Positions 13,501-25,561 are shown, counted from the first letter of the stretch. The stretch is DNA of 64,000 nucleotides from Eledone cirrhosa (GCA_964016885.1 OZ024748.1:7006001-7070000), one strand, 5' to 3'. The notes: generated from the letters alone by a model not told the origin. Numbers and translations are program-made.

Positions 13501-14022
13501 CAGGTCAAATCGGTCGATTAACTGTTTGAGGCTGTTACACCCCCCTTTATCGGGACATGCTCCCACATAGTCCCAACGTGCATCTAGGATTCCATTCCAG
13601 TCCCCCACTAAAAGCAAGGAGCGGGACGTTCCCAGAAAAGTCTCTAGACGTTTGAAGAAGTCTGGCCGCGGTGTCCCGGATGGGGCATATGCGGCCACCA
13701 GCCTGAACGCTCCACCTTCACTACCGTCAACGTCTAGGACCACCAGTCGACCCTCCGGGTCCAGATGTACCGTCTGTGTTACGAGGCCCAGGTGTTTCCG
13801 CAGCAAAACGGCAACTCCGCCCCCACCCCCCGGTTGACAGAGAGATGCGTAGATCTCAAAGTCATCGAAGATGGGGGCCAGCTGTCGCTCGCCGTGGATC
13901 CTGGACTCGCAAATGGCTACCACATCCAAACTGTGCGACCTGAGGTCGTTTAAGAGTTTGCCCTGTTTCCAGGGCATCCCCAGGCCGCGTACGTTCACAC
14001 ATCCAACTCTTATATTGGCCAT
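10585..14022 (-). CDS. Non-LTR retrotransposon ORF2 (L1/Tx1 clade): APE endonuclease, reverse transcriptase and C-terminal CCHC zinc knuckle; 1145 aa, uninterrupted
   Basis: APE motifs NVRG, GDWN, SYLDR, SDH; Tx1/L1-type GPGYWKLN; RT motifs KSPGLDGLPYEFY, FRPITLLN, LDQSKAFDRVDH, RQGCPLS, YADD; C-terminal CPRC...HAFIHC. Confidence 0.95.
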   Translation of the reverse strand: MANIRVGCVNVRGLGMPWKQGKLLNDLRSHSLDVVAICESRIHGERQLAPIFDDFEIYASLCQPGGGGGVAVLLRKHLGLVTQTVHLDPEGRLVVLDVDGSEGGAFRLVAAYAPSGTPRPDFFKRLETFLGTSRSLLLVGDWNGILDARWDYVGACPDKGGCNSLKQLIDRFDLADRYRLDFPTAPLWTWSNRSGTSRSYLDRVLVRNKDRDMLSCPQMFMVAYSDHKLVTCMANLDRTHRQGPGYWKLNLSLPTSKAYSRRISTLVKQHLTGAIVNNRWWYSLKRAVRLDSIVFSKELALDRNRTEKELVDKVEEAIRSGNVASVLATRTALDQFFDAKHEGCVVRSKIRALGNEGAKAVSWARVTEAKSGNKSTIRSLKDQNGRVIREPKQMCAAFQRHFARLFGGSGAPGEAMDFGPYLDGLPRLSDSEAKFCEKPISATEIGDALSQCGKRKSPGLDGLPYEFYVAMPDLFSGLLEAVYCNWQQNGRIPNSVTGGVVTLIRKDENKGDDIGNFRPITLLNTELQILAKVLAKRLALVVENLVGEAQTCAIPTRSIHDNLHLMRYIIERVGCKPGFGGALINLDQSKAFDRVDHRYLDAVLEAAGFGPVFRGWIAAMHNSNICSRVKVNGYLSEPFHITRSIRQGCPLSSLLYVLTLEPLLRKLELLQGIPLEPGLRKAASAYADDVTVMVSSASQIEEVGTLLKEYESLTGAKLNRDKSIGLQLGSWRGRPMPSDGVVGRWTEGPVKLLGVWFGPDLQVEKNWNEVTAKVFALTQKWAECKLSLKGRAEVANTFIASAIYYRLTVVPCPAKTLAKMERALFRFLWKRRAPLVRRSICCQHPSNGGLGMPWLTMRKHALRLRHLYVFLTGQPVWAPFVRRAFPRLVSLTELQSWVKQRPRKMGDWHIECAQALTALWQADPAISGDSTSSFYRGLVRSKCDDALGETLGVEEDELASLYGRTFRPGPMDNFQKSLAWQCYRGALPVRDKLYRHGRPGRDPAKKICPRCVRDEETVAHAFIHCPGVTDLWGYVERLLSRVGPIQLTTESIVMIKPPPSFKNEGEAVFLCVIAMAKEVVWWTRLKGLRSDTFLSGQQLILFFKYHFGRRIRMEREVLYPSKFYERWVKVARMARVNGPSLYISL

Positions 14023-14055
14023 GTTGGTGCTGAAAAGTTAAAAGAGGAAAAGAGA

Positions 14056-14331
14056 TCACTCACCCTTCGCCTCCTGGGGACCAGGCCGCACGATTTCCAT
14101 GGGGGTGTTGGAGGGGTTGTCTGGATGGGTGGTGGTTTCCGGCGGGGTGGGGACGCAGATGTTTGGTGGGGTGGGGTCTGGTGGAATGGGGGTGTCTGGG
14201 GTGGGGAGGCATTTGAGAAGGACGCGGTTGAGTGGTTTCACGCAGGAATTCCCCACATCCTTCTCAAATGTTTCTTTTAGGGACCTATAAGTTTGTATAG
14301 GGACCCTAATCAGTTTTAGGTTCATTTTTTT
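14056..14331 (-). pseudogene. Truncated C-terminal part of the Tx1-like ORF1 (Pro/Thr-rich)
   Basis: Open frame ...KLIRVPIQTYRSLKETFEKDVG...PTPDTPIPPDPTPP...QEAKGE* stops 33 bp before the ORF2 ATG; its 5' side runs directly into the GATA tract. Confidence 0.65.
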
Positions 14332-14400
<69 letters not shown>

Positions 14401-14421
14401 GTAGATAGATAGATAGATAGG

Positions 14422-14482
<61 letters not shown>

Positions 14483-14619
14483 TTATTTAAAAGGGGACAA
14501 TACAAAGACATGCCGGGTATTTTACATACAGTCGTGTAAAAAATATAAAAACAAACAATTACAACAATCGAAATCCCCAATAGGAGGGAAGCGCCACAAA
14601 TGGGTTGTTTAATACCCCG
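14483..14619 (-). mobile_element. Short 3'UTR-only fragment of a related Tx1 subfamily
   Basis: Colinear blocks shared with 10346-10510: aaggggacaa(a)tacaaag, tttacataca, cgtgtaaaa, ccccaatag(g)aggga, atgggt...ccccga. GATA repeats on both sides. Confidence 0.75.
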
Positions 14620-14761
14620 ATAGATAGATAGGTAGTCCGACACACAGATGAGTTCATTCCTCCGTGGAGACAAACTGCAGTCCACGAACTAATTAGAACA
14701 GGAGTTTCGACGGTGACCGGCAGGAAAAGAAAGCGATCGATCAACTCCCAGTATTTTGGAT

Positions 14762-14948
14762 GGGCAGAATCGGTAGAGCGTCGGACGCCATGCTTTGACG
14801 ACGTTTAAAATTACGGCCCTCGCCATTCTGAGTTCAAATCCCGTCGAGGTTAACTTTGCCTTTCATCCTTACGGGGTCGATAAAATAAAGTACCAGTAAT
14901 GCACTGAGATAATTGCTGGCCTTGTGCCAAAAGTAGAAACAATTATTT
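14762..14948 (+). mobile_element. tRNA-derived SINE (family 1)
   Basis: Full head-core-tail match to the other copies. Confidence 0.85.
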
Positions 14949-15533
14949 TGGTTTTATTTTACGTTCTCGGTGTTGGCGGGATCTGTTCGAAATATATATT
15001 GCATTCTCCATTTCATGCTACAAAAACTAGCGACAGATAGGCCTGCCACCTGTTCTGGGAGGCGTGGGATGGATGCACAAAGTTTGCGTATTCTGAGACA
15101 CAAAAGAGGGTCTGGAAGAGAGCAAACCTTAACAGTTGGAACCGTCAGCGATACTGGTGACAATATTCAGGTTCTGACCGTAGTGTGTGTGTGTATCTGT
15201 TAGATATATCGGAGTAAGGTGATCGGATCAAATAGCAGCGGTAAGAGTACAGAGAGTAATGCAGGCTAAATGGAGTTCATTTCACTTACTTTTACAAAAG
15301 CAGTTCAGCATGAGTAGAGAACTATTTTTTTTCCACAACTCAAGTACATAATAAACTAGATAGCAGCCTACAACAACAACAACAATAATGATAATAGCAA
15401 CAACAACAACAACAACAGCAGCAATAATAGTAATAATAATAGCAACAACAACAAAAAATAGCAACAACACCAATAACAACATAGAGAATAGCAACAATAA
15501 GAACAACAACAGCAGCAACAACAACAGTAACAA

Positions 15534-15580
<47 letters not shown>

Positions 15581-15807
15581 ATAGCAAAAACAACAAAAAC
15601 AGCAACAACAATAACACTAATAACATAGGCAATAACAACAACAATAGAAACAACAACAGCAGCAACAACAATAAGACAAACAAAAACAGCAAGAGCAACA
15701 ACAATAACAACAACGTTTGACCTGGTTTCACCCTGAAATAACCTAATTTGACCTCATGCTTCTTCTTATGAATGAAAATGTTTCTCCTTTGATCTTAATT
15801 GCAGCAC

Positions 15808-15842
<35 letters not shown>

Positions 15843-16249
15843 GAAGCAACAGCTTTTTTTTTTCAGCGTCTTTCATCTGAGGGAGTCACATATATATTTA
15901 TGGCTTTGTAATTGTGGATATTGTCAGAGTTGGTAGATTGGAGGGATTCAAGGGAGGTAAATAGTAGGAAGGAAGAGGTGGGAGGAGTGGGGGCTTGTTG
16001 AAGAAGAAGAAGAAGAAGAAGAAGAAGAAGAAGAAGAAGAAGAAGAAGAAGAAGATACATACATACATCCTCTCCTCCGCACAATACACATACACAAACG
16101 CACTCACAAAGACACTAAGACACACACACACACACACACCGAAAGCAACACAAACAAAATAATATTTACTATAGTCCCTTCGTCCAGCTTTTACTAATAT
16201 TTCGTTTGTTGTTGTTGTTGTTGTTGCTGTTATTGTTCTTCTTCTTGGC

Positions 16250-16520
16250 TCACTTATTCCTGAGAGGGTCGTGGGGGCAAAGTCCTCAAATACTCCTTTC
16301 TGCGGGTTCTGTCAGAAAAACAACCGTCTCCAACTTATCTGGCTGGATCCCCAAGCGAGACTAGCCAAGATCATGGGTGTTATCCAACCATCTTGCTCGG
16401 GATCTAGCCCTGGGTCTCCTGCCGGTTGGTTTTGCCCGTAAAATCTGTCCAGCAATTCTTTCCTGAAACATTCTAACCATATGGCCGTAGTATTCGAAGA
16501 AGTAGCAGCTTTACGTGGAG
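16250..16520 (-). mobile_element. RTE-type LINE 3' end
   Basis: YYGHMVRMFQERIAGQILRAKPTGRRPRARSRARWLDN (RTE C-terminal GH..R....GRRPR...RW pattern); related copy at 62866-63004. Confidence 0.7.
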
Positions 16521-17224
16521 TGATTCTCCGAGTTACACATTCTATCGAGTAACTTTACTCCAAAGAACCTTCAGAGGAACCCCATTCTAACCACATGTCT
16601 GTAATATCGGAGCTGTGATCTCTCTATTCTGAGAAGTAGAGGCCCCTAGCTATGCACTCTATCAGGTAACGTTACTCCAAAGAGCCTTCAAAATGAAAAA
16701 CAACATTGACCTCGGCGGAATTTCAACATAGAGCAGAGTAATCCGGAACAACTTACCTTCTAGAACATATAGAAACATTGTTTAATATCTACGCAACGTT
16801 TTAAGGTAGTAAGATGTAATATAAGAGAGATTTGGCTCTTATTTCTAGCAGATCGAACGACCTCATACAGCTATCCCTTGACACATGGGCTCCTAGGTAA
16901 CCAATACTGTTGAATAGGTCATCCAATACTTTAATTAAAGACGATAGAAAACCGGATATTAACGGATAACTGGTGATTAAAGTAAGTTGATTAAAACCAC
17001 ATATATAAAATCTATCTTGTCTCCCATAGGACGCCATATTGACCGTTCTGTTATTGTCTTTAGGTGAATGACATTACAATTATCAGTCATCTTAAAACCT
17101 TTACACACACTCCCCCCTCTCTCTCTCTCTTTATTTCTCTTTCTCTCTCTTTCTCTCTCCCTTGCCTTGTGTTTGTGTGTGCGCATATATATATATGTAT
17201 GTATGTATGTAAGCATGCCTTGTG

Positions 17225-17334
<110 letters not shown>

Positions 17335-17364
17335 GCTATATATAAGTATATATGGATATATATG

Positions 17365-17470
<106 letters not shown>

Positions 17471-17482
17471 CACAAGGCATGC

Positions 17483-17517
<35 letters not shown>

Positions 17518-17989
17518 CTATAATACGGAAAGGTCAACTAGTTCAGAATTGAGAACAAATGCTTCAGGCTAAATATTGTTTTAGAGTGAATCATGATAAC
17601 AATATTGATGTCTATATATTTATATCCTTTATCTACATATCTATCTATCTTCCCATTTATTTGGTTCTTTATGTACGACCAAGTACAGAAGTTTCAAATC
17701 AATTCTATAAATAATAAGCTGTTGTGTCGTATATCCATTTTCTCGTCAATCTATCTTTAGTATCTTTGTTTTGTGATGTCCCGTTTAATAAAGACTGAGT
17801 TTTGCTGATGTCCTTTCTTATTTCCTTGATTTAAACCTCTTCTTTGAATCCCAAACCTCTTCTTCCACCTAGGTTCTGTCCTTTCTCGTCTGTTTTACCT
17901 TGTTTTGATGCCAAGTAATTTTTCTCACCACATTTGCAGCTGCTTTGAGGATGATATTGTATTGTTGAAGATTATTATTTTATTATTAG

Positions 17990-18313
17990 ATCCTACCGAG
18001 GTTAGCTTTACTTTTCATCCTTACAGGGTCGATAAAATAAAGTACCAGTAATGTACTGGTGTGGTTTTAATCAACTTTCCCCTCCCCTTCAAATTGCTGG
18101 CCTTGTACCTATAGTAGAAACAAGTATTATTATTGTAGAGGGTTGGACGCCATGCTTTCCAGCATAGTTACGTCCCTTTACGATCTGAGTTCAAATCCCG
18201 CCGAGGTTGACTTTGCCTTTCATCCTTACGGGGGTCGATAAAATAAAAGTACCAGTAATGCACTGGGTAATTGCTGGCCTTGCGCCTAAAGTAGAAACAA
18301 TTATTATTATTAT
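17990..18313 (+). mobile_element. Two tandem family 1 SINE copies (5'-truncated 17990-18133; near full length 18134-18313)
   Basis: The second copy begins inside the (TTA)n tail of the first. Confidence 0.8.
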
Positions 18314-19174
18314 AGTTCACACCATTCTCTAGTAAATACTAATGTGATAAACTTCTCGGTCATTTGTGGTTAATGTTTCCTACTCTCTTAACTTAGCTGC
18401 GTTTTTTATATAGCAATCCAACTGGCGAAAATAGTATATGATACATAAATTTGAGTGTATATATATATACAACGTGTGTATGTGTGTATGTATTTATGTA
18501 TGTGTCTATATATATACGATCATTTATATGTGTATGCGTGTTTGTGTGAATGTGTGTATGTTTGTCTGTGTATATCCGTGTGTGTATATGTGTATGTATG
18601 TCTGTGCGTCTGTATGCCCAAGACGTTTTCGTCAATACCAATTATGTAAGATTTATGTCACATCAGGAGGGAGAAACGGTCAACGTTTCACCTTCCTCCA
18701 TCTTAAAACATTTTAACTATAACCTATAATTTAACACATCCATTGTGGTGAACTAACTAAAGAGTATTGAATCAATATTTATCTTTCTTTTCTTCCCCCA
18801 TCAACTAGCTGATACGTTGATCATCATCTTCAGTGTCACCACCACCATCACCATCACCAGCAACTCCGCCACTTCAAACATTGCCATCAACACCATGAAA
18901 ATCATCATCTCCGCACCATCTTCATCACTGATACCAGCATCAGTACCAAAAAAAAAAAAATAAATAAAAAAAAAAAAAAAAACACCCACCTTCGCCAGCA
19001 CCACCACCAACAACAACAACAGCATTACCAACAACAAGAACAACAACAACATTATCAATGTCAACTTATTCTAATATGCAGACAGCAATAAAAAGATATT
19101 AAATATTTATTTATTGAACCGTTTGTTTGTTTCGTGGCTCTTGTGGGATGAAAAGCATTCATTATATCATTATC

Positions 19175-19240
<66 letters not shown>

Positions 19241-19486
19241 ATATATGTTATATTTTTGGGAGGGTCATGCTACCAATAAAAACACACAAAAATCTTATAA
19301 AACGGATACAATAACGAACATAGTAAGATATAGATACATATATATCCATATCTATTGATGTTGTTTTTAGGTTTGTTTTTATTTGGGTGGCTTGGGTGTT
19401 TTAGTTTTCTTTTCTTATTTCTTTTTCGATGAGTTAACTAAACTATTTTGCCACTAGTGTCAGTTTATTTATTAATCTATGCCAAA

Positions 19487-19541
<55 letters not shown>

Positions 19542-21385
19542 ATTGCATACATATATTTGAATATCTGTATATATATAAAGAGAGACAGATTAAGATAGAT
19601 AGAAAGAAATGATTTAATGTGCTTCTTATCTTAAACAAAAAAAATAATTATAAATCGCTACTCACCGGAGAGAAGACTAAATTTAAAGCTAGCCAGACGA
19701 GGGAAATGTTTCTTTCCGTGGAATTTTCGGTTTTTTTTTTGGTTTTGGTTTTTTTCTCCGTTACAATAAATTATAGACAAAAAAGAACCAGAAAAAATAT
19801 TCGTATTATAAACTTTAAATAATGAAATAAAAAATAGTTATCGCCCATCACAGACTATCCCATCATAAACAATTCTGGTCTAAAGCTGTTTAACGCCAGC
19901 CTCGCACAATTTTCTCTATAAGTCCTTCTGGACACAATTTTGTTTTAACGTTTTGTTCCGTAATGCCATCTACTTCAAATGATGATATTTTGAGTTTAAA
20001 TCGTTAGAGATAGCCCCTACCCCTACAAGTTAATTGAAATAGGAAACTTGATTTTCATAAAATTACTAAATCCAGGCCTTATTATTTTTTATTTAACATG
20101 AATCCATATTTACACCCGTGCCATTACCTAGTTCAAGTATTTTATTATTTTCTTTTACTGCTGATCACATTCGACTTAGTTAAGATGTAACCAAATAATT
20201 CCATTTTTTAAATGACACATCGAATTATCAGAAGACCAACAGAGAATCATATTCCTTCGATCTTTTGACTTCCTGGGCCGGACCGGACCGTTGATACTGT
20301 CTGTATCAAAATATCAACTGCAAAATATCAACTCCAACCTGACGACTGACGGGAGAAAAGGACATTGTGTTTGTTCTCGGTCATTACTACCATTGACAAT
20401 TTCATACGGTTAATCTATTTTGGTTAAGTAGATTTGAATAACAAAGATAAAATAACAAGCTGCAAATATAAAATATGTTCTTCACAGCTTTTTACTGCCA
20501 CATACACAAACACATAAAATCAAATTGTTCGCATCTTCGCTCTTTTGTGCATATATTTTATGCAATATTTGTTGTTTATTTAAAATTCTACAATTATAGT
20601 TTAAAGCACAAATACCATTACCTCTATCTACTACTCTCAAGCTGTCTGTTCTCTCTCAAACACCCTCTGCCTCTCTTTCATTCTCTCTCTCATTGACTCT
20701 CTCTCGCTCTACCCCATTCCTTCTTTCTCTTCCAATCTCTATCCCTCACTCACTCTCTCTCTCTTTAACACCACTTCTTTCTCTCCCACGCTCTCTCTCT
20801 AACACCACTCCTTTATCTCCTACTCTCTTTATCCCTCACTCTCTTTCTCTAACTCATCTCTCTCACACATTCTCTCTTTCCATCTCTTACCCCCATCTCT
20901 CTCTCTATCACTCTTTAAATAGTAAAGCTCATATTTAAATGACACAAACTTCCACTTAGAAAGCAGTAAGTAAATCCTGTGTTGCTTATATCGTTTAATT
21001 TCTGTCAGCACAATTAGAAAGATAAAGATGGCCGTAGGAGCAGACGTGACTGTACGATAACCCAACACGTTTCATATAAAATTCGCCATTAAAAGCTACA
21101 AGTGATAATTTACCAACTTGTCTCATTCAACCACACAACTCACATTCTCCATTTTATCCTGTTTTTTTTTGTTTCTTTCTTTCTTTTTTGCTATTTTTGG
21201 TGATTTTTTTAAAATAAAAAAATCATTTTATTTGCATTTTTGTATATTTATTTCTATATCAACCACAAATTTACAGATCTAACGGCTACTTTATAGAATA
21301 TATCATAGCGAAATCACTGAACGATATGCTGTTGTTATTATTGTTGTTTAACCACAGGTCAGTCTTGATTTAACCAGTGTCTAAT

Positions 21386-21607
21386 GGTTTCCTATATAGG
21401 CACAAGGCCAGCATATTTTTCTTGGGGGGGGGGGGGAGTCGATTCAATCAAGCCCAGTGCGTGACTGATACTTTATTTTATCGACCCCGTAAGGATGAAA
21501 GGCAAAGTTAACCACAGCGGGATTTGAACTCAGATCATAAAGGGCCGCAACTCTATGCTGCAAAGCATGGCGTCCGACCCTCTACCGATACTGCCAATCC
21601 ACCACCC
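21386..21607 (-). mobile_element. tRNA-derived SINE (family 1, long variant)
   Basis: Same head and core, with an extra segment containing a G-run before the tail. Confidence 0.8.
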
Positions 21608-21954
21608 TTAACAAGTATATAATGAAAAGCATTTTAACCAACCTTATTTCAGCTTTTATTCAAACATAATGTATTTTAGACAATATGTCCCACAGTATTG
21701 GCCATAGTGTAATAAGTTGTGACTTCAGAGATATTTAGTTGATTATTTCTATAAAGAATGCAATGAGCCATCAAGGTTTTATTTTTGTCTCCGGTTCTCT
21801 CGTTGGTTGATGAGGTATTGTTATCTAGACTCTGGTTAGAATTGGTCACTGATGGAGCATATCCAGCCATGACTCTCAATATGTCATTCAATGTGTCATT
21901 TTCTATTCAATGTGTCATTTTCTTTTAGGTGAAGATTGTATATTTCATTATTTA

Positions 21955-22014
21955 AAAGTACCAGTAATACACTGGGTAATTGCTGGCCTTGTGCCAAAAG
22001 TAGAAACAATTATT
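21955..22014 (+). mobile_element. Family 1 SINE 3' fragment
   Basis: aaagtaccagtaatacactgggtaattgctggccttgtgccaaaagtagaaacaattatt. Confidence 0.75.
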
Positions 22015-22137
22015 TACTTACTTATATTAATTGTTTGTTTGAGGAAATGTAAGAATTATTCCAATGTCAACTGTTATATATATATCCACCCTCCCCTACC
22101 ACCAGAAAATGTATTAATACCACCATATTACATTGAC

Positions 22138-22258
22138 ATGATTTCCTCCGAATGAAACAGTTCTAGTCCTGTAGAAGCCATTTCTATATTAAATGTTTAT
22201 ACTCTGCTATGTATTGAGTACCTTACTTACTGTGGTTACTCCCGATTGAACCCGGAAC
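22138..22258 (+). mobile_element. Family A element, second copy (5'-truncated within the hammerhead core)
   Basis: gaatgaaacagttctagtcctgtagaagccatttctatattaaa...gattgaacccgg closely matches 1053-1158. Confidence 0.7.
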
Positions 22259-22291
22259 ACACACACACACAGACACACACACACATATATA

Positions 22292-22347
<56 letters not shown>

Positions 22348-22350
<3 letters not shown>

Positions 22351-22590
22351 TTATTAAAATAACAGATTAAAGTTTAAGCAAAGAATCGCTGCTTTCACCC
22401 TTAACGGGATCTTCTGAAACTAAAAACCTTATTTCAGAAGATCTCGTTAAGGGTGAAAGCAGCGATTCTTTGCTTAAACTTTAATCTGTTATTTTAATAA
22501 ATATTTGCTCTACGGTTCTTATATATTTGATATATATTTATCCTTATCGAGCCCTCTTTGGATTTTAGTATTCAAATTTATTATTATTAC
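22348..22590 (+). mobile_element. Palindromic (TA)n-flanked element (family E) with a degenerate hammerhead-like core
   Basis: Arms 22348-22419 and 22432-22503. CAGAAGA-tctc gttaa gggt-GAAA starts the right arm. The tail ccctctttggattttagt...attattattacta(ta)n recurs at ~30953-30992 and ~55405-55450 (minus). Confidence 0.6.
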
Positions 22591-22629
<39 letters not shown>

Positions 22630-22636
22630 CTCTGTG

Positions 22637-22685
<49 letters not shown>

Positions 22686-23134
22686 ATGTGACAATTTAAT
22701 ATCTATGTAAAATCTGAGTAATCAATAGCAGGAAATAGAGTCGAGTATTGCAATCATTGGTCGACAACAGACATGGTGCCAGACATTTCAACAACTTATC
22801 ATGTCACCTTTGTTCGCAATAAACACCTATTTAGATTTTAAATATTGTTCTTTTTTTATTTTTTACTTTTTGGTATTTTCTTATTTATTGAGTAAGGTCA
22901 CGTTCAGACAGAAGCCGTTTATTCTAAACCTGATAAATACTAAGACGGTCAACTCAGATAATTGTCTCCTTTTCACTAAAGTTCCTCTCTGTAACCTCAC
23001 GATATCATTCGATATCAACGTCTGACATACAACTAAGATTTTAATGAGAATTCCCTTCTCTTAATTTCTGCCGTAATATATAAACAGCGGCTAGTAAAAT
23101 AGGAATTATAATTATTTCTAACATAGGAACATAG

Positions 23135-23363
23135 CTTCGTGGTATAGAGCATTGGGCTTGCAATCGAAAGGTTGTGAATTCAATTCTCGAACCGGGTGAT
23201 GTGATTTTTTCCTTTAGCAAGACACTTTATTTCACATTACTCCAGTTTAATCAGCTGTAGAAATGAGATGATAGGACTGGGGTCCCTATCATTAAATTAC
23301 CCAAGACACCTCCAACGAGATATACCTTGAAGGAGGCCAGCTAAACTTGCATAGGTGTGAGCT
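23135..23363 (+). mobile_element. Second tRNA-derived SINE family (CORE-like central segment)
   Basis: tRNA-like head cgtggtatagagc...gaattcaattctc, then cctttagcaagacactttatttcac...ctccagt...tcagctgtagaaatgag; another copy at 49929-50067 (minus). Confidence 0.65.
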
Positions 23364-23589
23364 ATAGGAGGCCAGCTAAACTAACATAGGCAAATGGCCA
23401 CAAATTTATGGGGGAGGTGTATAATTGTGTAGACCGACCCCTGATTTTCACTCCTACTTTATTTAATGGCTCTGGAACGATGAAAGGCAGATATGACATC
23501 AGAGAGATTTTAATTCTCCAACGGAAAAAGATATAAGTGAATACCATAAGACTACATGTTCGTACACAATATGACTCACTAAAAATATA

Positions 23590-23690
23590 TACAAGATGTC
23601 CCCCAAAAATGTATATGCACTTCAACAACATTCTAATAAATATTGCTTGTACAGGTAATCAAAGTATGTATACATTTTTAGGGGACACCT
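23590..23690. mobile_element. ~100-bp Tc1/mariner-type MITE, second copy
   Basis: Terminal inverted repeats tacaagatgtcccccaaaaatgtata / tatacatttttaggggacacct. Confidence 0.65.
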
Positions 23691-23830
23691 AAATATAATT
23701 AAAATTTGTCACGAATATACATATCTCAATGAAACGAGATCGTTAAAATATCGTTCCCTAGGAATCTACACAACCTCAAGCAACTTAACCATAATGAACC
23801 TGACCAAATGTGATATGTATAAGATATTCA

Positions 23831-23900
<70 letters not shown>

Positions 23901-23938
23901 GTCTCTCTCTGTCTCTCTCTCTCTCTCTCTTTCTTATT

Positions 23939-24016
<78 letters not shown>

Positions 24017-24269
24017 AGAGAATCTATCAAAGTTTATAGATTAAGCTTCTATATAATTTACATATCAGTTTCCATATAATTTTCTGTTCTTCCATATTTT
24101 TGATATTATAAAGCAGTTATGGCAACTAACCGCTTCCGTATTTTATTCTAAATTAATTATTATGATATTATTAAGCTGATACAATATTGGTTTTATTGGC
24201 TTAATATAATCTGTTTCTCATTGAACTTCTTAAACTTCAATTGTATTTATTAACGAACGTGGGAAACAC

Positions 24270-24353
<84 letters not shown>

Positions 24354-24557
24354 GCATTATGACCGAGAGAGGGTAGACATGGAAAGGATATATATATATA
24401 TATATTGAGAGTGAGAGAGAGAGAGCAAGATACAGTGAGAATAGTGATAGAAAGGACTCAGATATACACATAGATGGAAAAAGAGAAAGCGCGAGAGGGG
24501 GAGACTAGAGAAAGCGAGAGAGAGATAGAGCGAAGATAGTGATGGAAAGAGTCAAGG

Positions 24558-24624
<67 letters not shown>

Positions 24625-24999
24625 GTGAGGGAGAGAGTACAGTGAGAATAGAGATAGGAAGCGAATCACATATATATGTACTTAAAGAGAGATAAAGATA
24701 GATAGATAGATAGATAGGGAGAGAAAGAGAGGAGAGGGAGAGAGAGAAAGAGAAAGAAAGAAAACAGAGTTAGAAGCTTAAAGATGGAGGTGATAACGCG
24801 ATTATATCTATGTATTATAAATGTGATTCTATGATATAAAGATTAATAAAAGAACATAAAACCAAAATGGCGTCATTTACTTACATTAGCTAAATTGTTT
24901 TTCTATGGCTTCAATTAATTTTATTCGGTAGATATTAAAATATATTACAGCCGACTGATATTTATCTGTTGTGTTATTGTTAATAAAAAATATATAAAA

Positions 25000-25472
25000 A
25001 TGGTGGTGTTGTGGTGGTGTGGTGTTGTAGTATTGTGGAGTTGTGATGGTGTTGTGGTGTGGTATTGTGGTATTGTGGTGTTGTTGTGTTGTGGTGTTGT
25101 TGTTGTGTTGTGGTGTTGTTGTTGTGTTGTGTTGTTGTGTTGTGGTGGTGTGGTGTTGTGGTGGTGTGGTGTTGTGGTGGTGTGGTGTTGTTGTGTTGTG
25201 GTGGTGTGGTGTTGTGGTGGTGTGGTGTTGTGTTGTGGAGTTGTGGTGGTGTGGTGTTGTGGTGGTGTGATGTTGTGGTGTTGTGGTGGTGTGGTGTGAT
25301 GTTGTGGTGTTGTGGTGGTGTGGTGTGGTGTTGTGGTGTTGTGGTGGTGTGGTTTTTGTGGTGTTGTTGTGTTGTGGTGTTGTGGTGTTGTGGTGTTGTG
25401 GTGGTGTGGTGTTGTGGTGTTGTAGTGTTGTGGTGGTGTGGTAGTGTGGTGTTGTGTGGTGTTGTGGTGTTG
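25000..25472. repeat. (GTG/GTT)n compound repeat
   Basis: Direct inspection. Confidence 0.9.
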
Positions 25473-25561
25473 TTCTACAGCAGGAAGAGTTGGAGATATT
25501 GTCTCACTCTTATGTTGTGTTTTCCTATCTAATCCGAAGACACAGTACAATAATTACTGTC

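Larger units (their letters stand above)
10346..14331 (-). mobile_element. 5'-truncated Tx1-like LINE (ORF1 3' remnant, ORF2, 3'UTR) inserted in a (GATA)n tract
   Basis: GC-rich block bounded by (GATA)n at 10316-10345 and 14332-14482. On the minus strand the 3'UTR ends AATAAAGAAATA and runs into (TATC)n. Confidence 0.9.

Noticed and set aside
10489-13953. Short ORFs overlapping the LINE ORF2
   Set aside because: Alternative-frame and antisense shadows of a GC-rich coding sequence.
14332-14685. N-terminal part of the 209-aa ORF (14056-14685)
   Set aside because: Chance read-through across the GATA tract and a second element's 3'UTR; only 14056-14331 is a plausible ORF1 remnant.
14762-14845. 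tRNA gene
   Set aside because: A/B boxes belong to a multicopy SINE head; no full cloverleaf evident.
17650-17950. Possible decayed LINE endonuclease fragment (minus strand)
   Set aside because: Similarity too weak to support by eye.
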